Shown here piece by piece: positions 61,903-64,000 of a stretch of 64,000 nt of DNA. Made by a program: the position numbers and the translations under genes. Within the stretch, counting starts at the first letter, position 1; each line of letters begins with the position of its first letter. Below the pieces are notes generated by a model that ran no database searches, had not been told where the DNA came from, and saw only the letters and a list, made by a program, of their open reading frames with translations. Source of the DNA: an uncultured virus (IMG/VR IMGVR_UViG_3300028888_000089). Taxonomy: Duplodnaviria > Heunggongvirae > Uroviricota > Caudoviricetes. The stretch lies in IMG/VR virus record IMGVR_UViG_3300028888_000089. One strand, given 5' to 3'.

Positions 61903-62703
61903 TCATTTCAATGCTAATAAAGCGCCCCATGTCTGAGGCCCAACAATGCCATCTACTTGCAGTTTATGCCTTGTCTGGAAGGCACGAACGGCACTCTGAG
62001 TTCCAGGCCCAAAGATGCCATCTATAGCTAAAGTAGAACCATCTTTTGCGAGAAGAGTCTGAAGGGTCTTAACGTTCTCTCCTTTGTCTCCCCTACGAAG
62101 AGTAGGCGGAATCTTAACTTTTTCCTTCTTAGGCTCTTCTTTCTTGGTTTCTTCCTTCTTAGCGGTTTCTTTCGGAACAGTCGTCTGCCCGGGAATGAAG
62201 TCAAATGTGATTCCCTTGCCGAGTCCCCAATATTTCCACTTTCCGCCATGAAGCTTTGTCTGGATAACGCCCTGCGTTGTTCCAGCAGCTTCTGTAACTA
62301 AACCATCACCTGTATAAGTTCCAATATGGGGCTTGCTGCTATCGGTACCAGTATAGACCCATGCGCCAACTGGAATTTCCATTCCTTTGACAAGCTTGCC
62401 TTTAGCCTGACAGTCATACTTATAACTACTATTAGAACCATGATGGAACTTAAGGCCAAACTTAAGACCTTTAGAGTAGGTTAAACCGGAGCAGTCCCAA
62501 ACGTAATGACCGATCCATTTCTTACCATACTTACGGCCATTCGCTCGATTCGCATCAGTTGTCTTATTCAGGGCCTTCTGCCTAGCTTCGGTCCAGAGAA
62601 CACCAGCTGTTCCCCAAATATAACCTGCTTTTTTCTCAAGTTTGGTTACTTCTAAAATAGCATCGGCATATTGTTTACCTGTTACCATAATTGTTTCCTC
62701 CAT
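61903..62703 (-). CDS. Endolysin (NlpC/P60-type catalytic domain + PG_binding_1)
   Basis: YIWG, WDCSGL and HIG motifs; LRRGDKG..VK.LQ...DGIFG..T..AV..FQ...DGIVG..TW. Confidence 0.85.
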   Translation of the reverse strand: MEETIMVTGKQYADAILEVTKLEKKAGYIWGTAGVLWTEARQKALNKTTDANRANGRKYGKKWIGHYVWDCSGLTYSKGLKFGLKFHHGSNSSYKYDCQAKGKLVKGMEIPVGAWVYTGTDSSKPHIGTYTGDGLVTEAAGTTQGVIQTKLHGGKWKYWGLGKGITFDFIPGQTTVPKETAKKEETKKEEPKKEKVKIPPTLRRGDKGENVKTLQTLLAKDGSTLAIDGIFGPGTQSAVRAFQTRHKLQVDGIVGPQTWGALLALK

Positions 62704-62944
62704 ACATGAGCTGCTGCAATTGCTGATTACTGATCCCTCGACTTTGCTGTAAATAAGCTAAAATCTGATTTGGATCATTAATAATTGCGTCTGGAATATC
62801 TGGAAACTGTTGTTTAACAAACGCAGCTGGATTTGTTAAACTCTGCATGATGTATTGAGCTTTCTGAATTGGATTCATAAAATTCGCTCCGGACATCTGC
62901 TGCGCTACAGGTTGACCAATGATCCTGGAATACCAGTTATTCAT
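62675..62944 (-). CDS. Gln-rich hypothetical phage protein
   Basis: 89 aa ORF with overlapping start/stop. Confidence 0.6.
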   Translation of the reverse strand: MNNWYSRIIGQPVAQQMSGANFMNPIQKAQYIMQSLTNPAAFVKQQFPDIPDAIINDPNQILAYLQQSRGISNQQLQQLMYGGNNYGNR

Positions 62945-63417
62945 TTATTGTCACCCCGTCCATTATTCCTATAATTACTTCCATTTTGATTTTGATGAAT
63001 CGACTGGATCATATTCTTAATCTCGGTCCTGAAACTCTCAAAATCTTCTTTTGTTAAATATTTGCTCATATCCGGTATTTCAACAGGAGCACTCTGCTGA
63101 CTTACATTTGGAAGATTTGCAGGAGCAGAATCCTCTTCGAAAACTATCTTGCCCTTCTTAATAGGGTTCATCCTTCCGTATGCATCAACAGATTTGAAAT
63201 ACACATGCTGACCATCTAAATCCCAAAGAGGGATTATAGTATTAGGAGGCAGATTATTAGGAATCTGCCAAGCTCTAGCCGCTAACTCACCATCGACGCT
63301 AATCATATATTGTGAACTACCTTGTCTTTGCGGTGCGATAAATGGCTGTGGGATTGAATATGGGCTAGTGGATATGTTCTGACCAAATGTTGGATATACA
63401 TCATAATAATTTGGCAT
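62941..63417 (-). CDS. Hypothetical phage protein
   Basis: VDGE..A...LWD...YFKS.D..G motif; RBS. Confidence 0.65.
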   Translation of the reverse strand: MPNYYDVYPTFGQNISTSPYSIPQPFIAPQRQGSSQYMISVDGELAARAWQIPNNLPPNTIIPLWDLDGQHVYFKSVDAYGRMNPIKKGKIVFEEDSAPANLPNVSQQSAPVEIPDMSKYLTKEDFESFRTEIKNMIQSIHQNQNGSNYRNNGRGDNK

Positions 63418-63434
63418 AGTTAATAGTGCTCCTT

Positions 63435-63812
63435 CTAATTAGATATACGCCAGAAAAAAGTTGGAATAGCATCTCCAGAATCCCAACTGTCATAATAGTT
63501 ACCATCGATAACAGCAACCGCATGCGTACCGGTACCTATTATGTACGTCCCATATGGATACATTTTTGTAAATGTCTTTATTGTTATGCAACGAGGACAT
63601 TCACTAGGAAGAAGAAACGGTTTAAACCCTTGCATATAAAGATAGTGTCCCCAGACATTATCATCTAGGGACACGCTGTAATCTTGTCTTGCAACGGAGT
63701 TCAACTCATCAAAAACCTCTAACCATGGTTTGTTAAGAGCAATGCAAATGGCTCTTATAACACAGTCTGGAACCTCTTTCTTTTTCGGATTCGGATTAGC
63801 TTCTATCCACAT
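63435..63812 (-). CDS. Hypothetical phage protein (possible papain-like fold)
   Basis: NPNP...DCVIRA...H.VAVIDG..YDSWDS. Confidence 0.65.
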   Translation of the reverse strand: MWIEANPNPKKKEVPDCVIRAICIALNKPWLEVFDELNSVARQDYSVSLDDNVWGHYLYMQGFKPFLLPSECPRCITIKTFTKMYPYGTYIIGTGTHAVAVIDGNYYDSWDSGDAIPTFFWRISN

Positions 63813-64000
63813 TATTCGTCCTGGTCCTGATCGTCAGGCTCATCCTTCCAGGGCTCAACATACTGCATTGCCCTCTTACTATCACCAAGTCCGGCAGTCG
63901 TCGGATCGACAATAACGCCAATAAGCGCCAGGAATTCAAGAGCCTGATTGGCGACCTGAAGAATAACGTTCTCAGTTACCTTCGGATAAACGTCGAACAT
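63812..64000 (-). CDS. Holin, phi LC3 family (5'-truncated by the window edge)
   Basis: IGVIVDPTTAGLGDSKRAM.Y..P signature. Confidence 0.85.
   Translation of the reverse strand: MFDVYPKVTENVILQVANQALEFLALIGVIVDPTTAGLGDSKRAMQYVEPWKDEPDDQDQDE

Noticed and set aside
1..64000. Plus-strand ORFs in the supplied track; alternative genetic code
   Set aside because: The plus-strand ORFs are antisense shadows of minus-strand genes and lack RBSs; long genes are intact in the standard code and no suppressor tRNA was seen

Overview
This 64 kb window is part of an AT-rich tailed dsDNA phage genome. The host is probably a Firmicute (Clostridia-like), inferred from strong AGGAGG ribosome binding sites and the gene set. 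Almost all genes are on the minus strand. In transcription order (right to left) the window holds: holin, endolysin and tail-fibre-like genes (64-49.6 kb); a tRNA plus an array of promoter-gene-terminator cassettes (49-44 kb); a long accessory region; a replication module (iteron-like origin, fused helicase-primase-PolB, SSB, SF2 helicase, two nucleases); and a single-chain two-barrel RNA polymerase (GADFDGD). No capsid, terminase or integrase gene was recognised. The most striking part is an RNA island at 36.2-40.4 kb with two components. (1) A stand-alone RAMP/Cas7-like gene is preceded by an ~830 bp non-coding array with a G every 5 nt, punctuated into ~25 units of mostly 5n+1 length; this is a candidate RNA-guided system with a non-contiguous code. 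(2) A Ro60/TROVE gene is preceded by seven Y-RNA-like hairpins, with an eighth at 4.15 kb; five of the eight display canonical tRNA anticodon loops (Asn, Cys, Pro-CGG, Pro-UGG, Ser). Also seen: four enlarged tRNA-mimic RNAs, ~19 copies of a phage-specific promoter-like motif, a directional 16-mer repeat, a possible attP (tRNA-Lys 3' half), and a divergent PurA / vWA / J-domain-pseudokinase trio. All family assignments come from motif recognition by eye; no searches were run.
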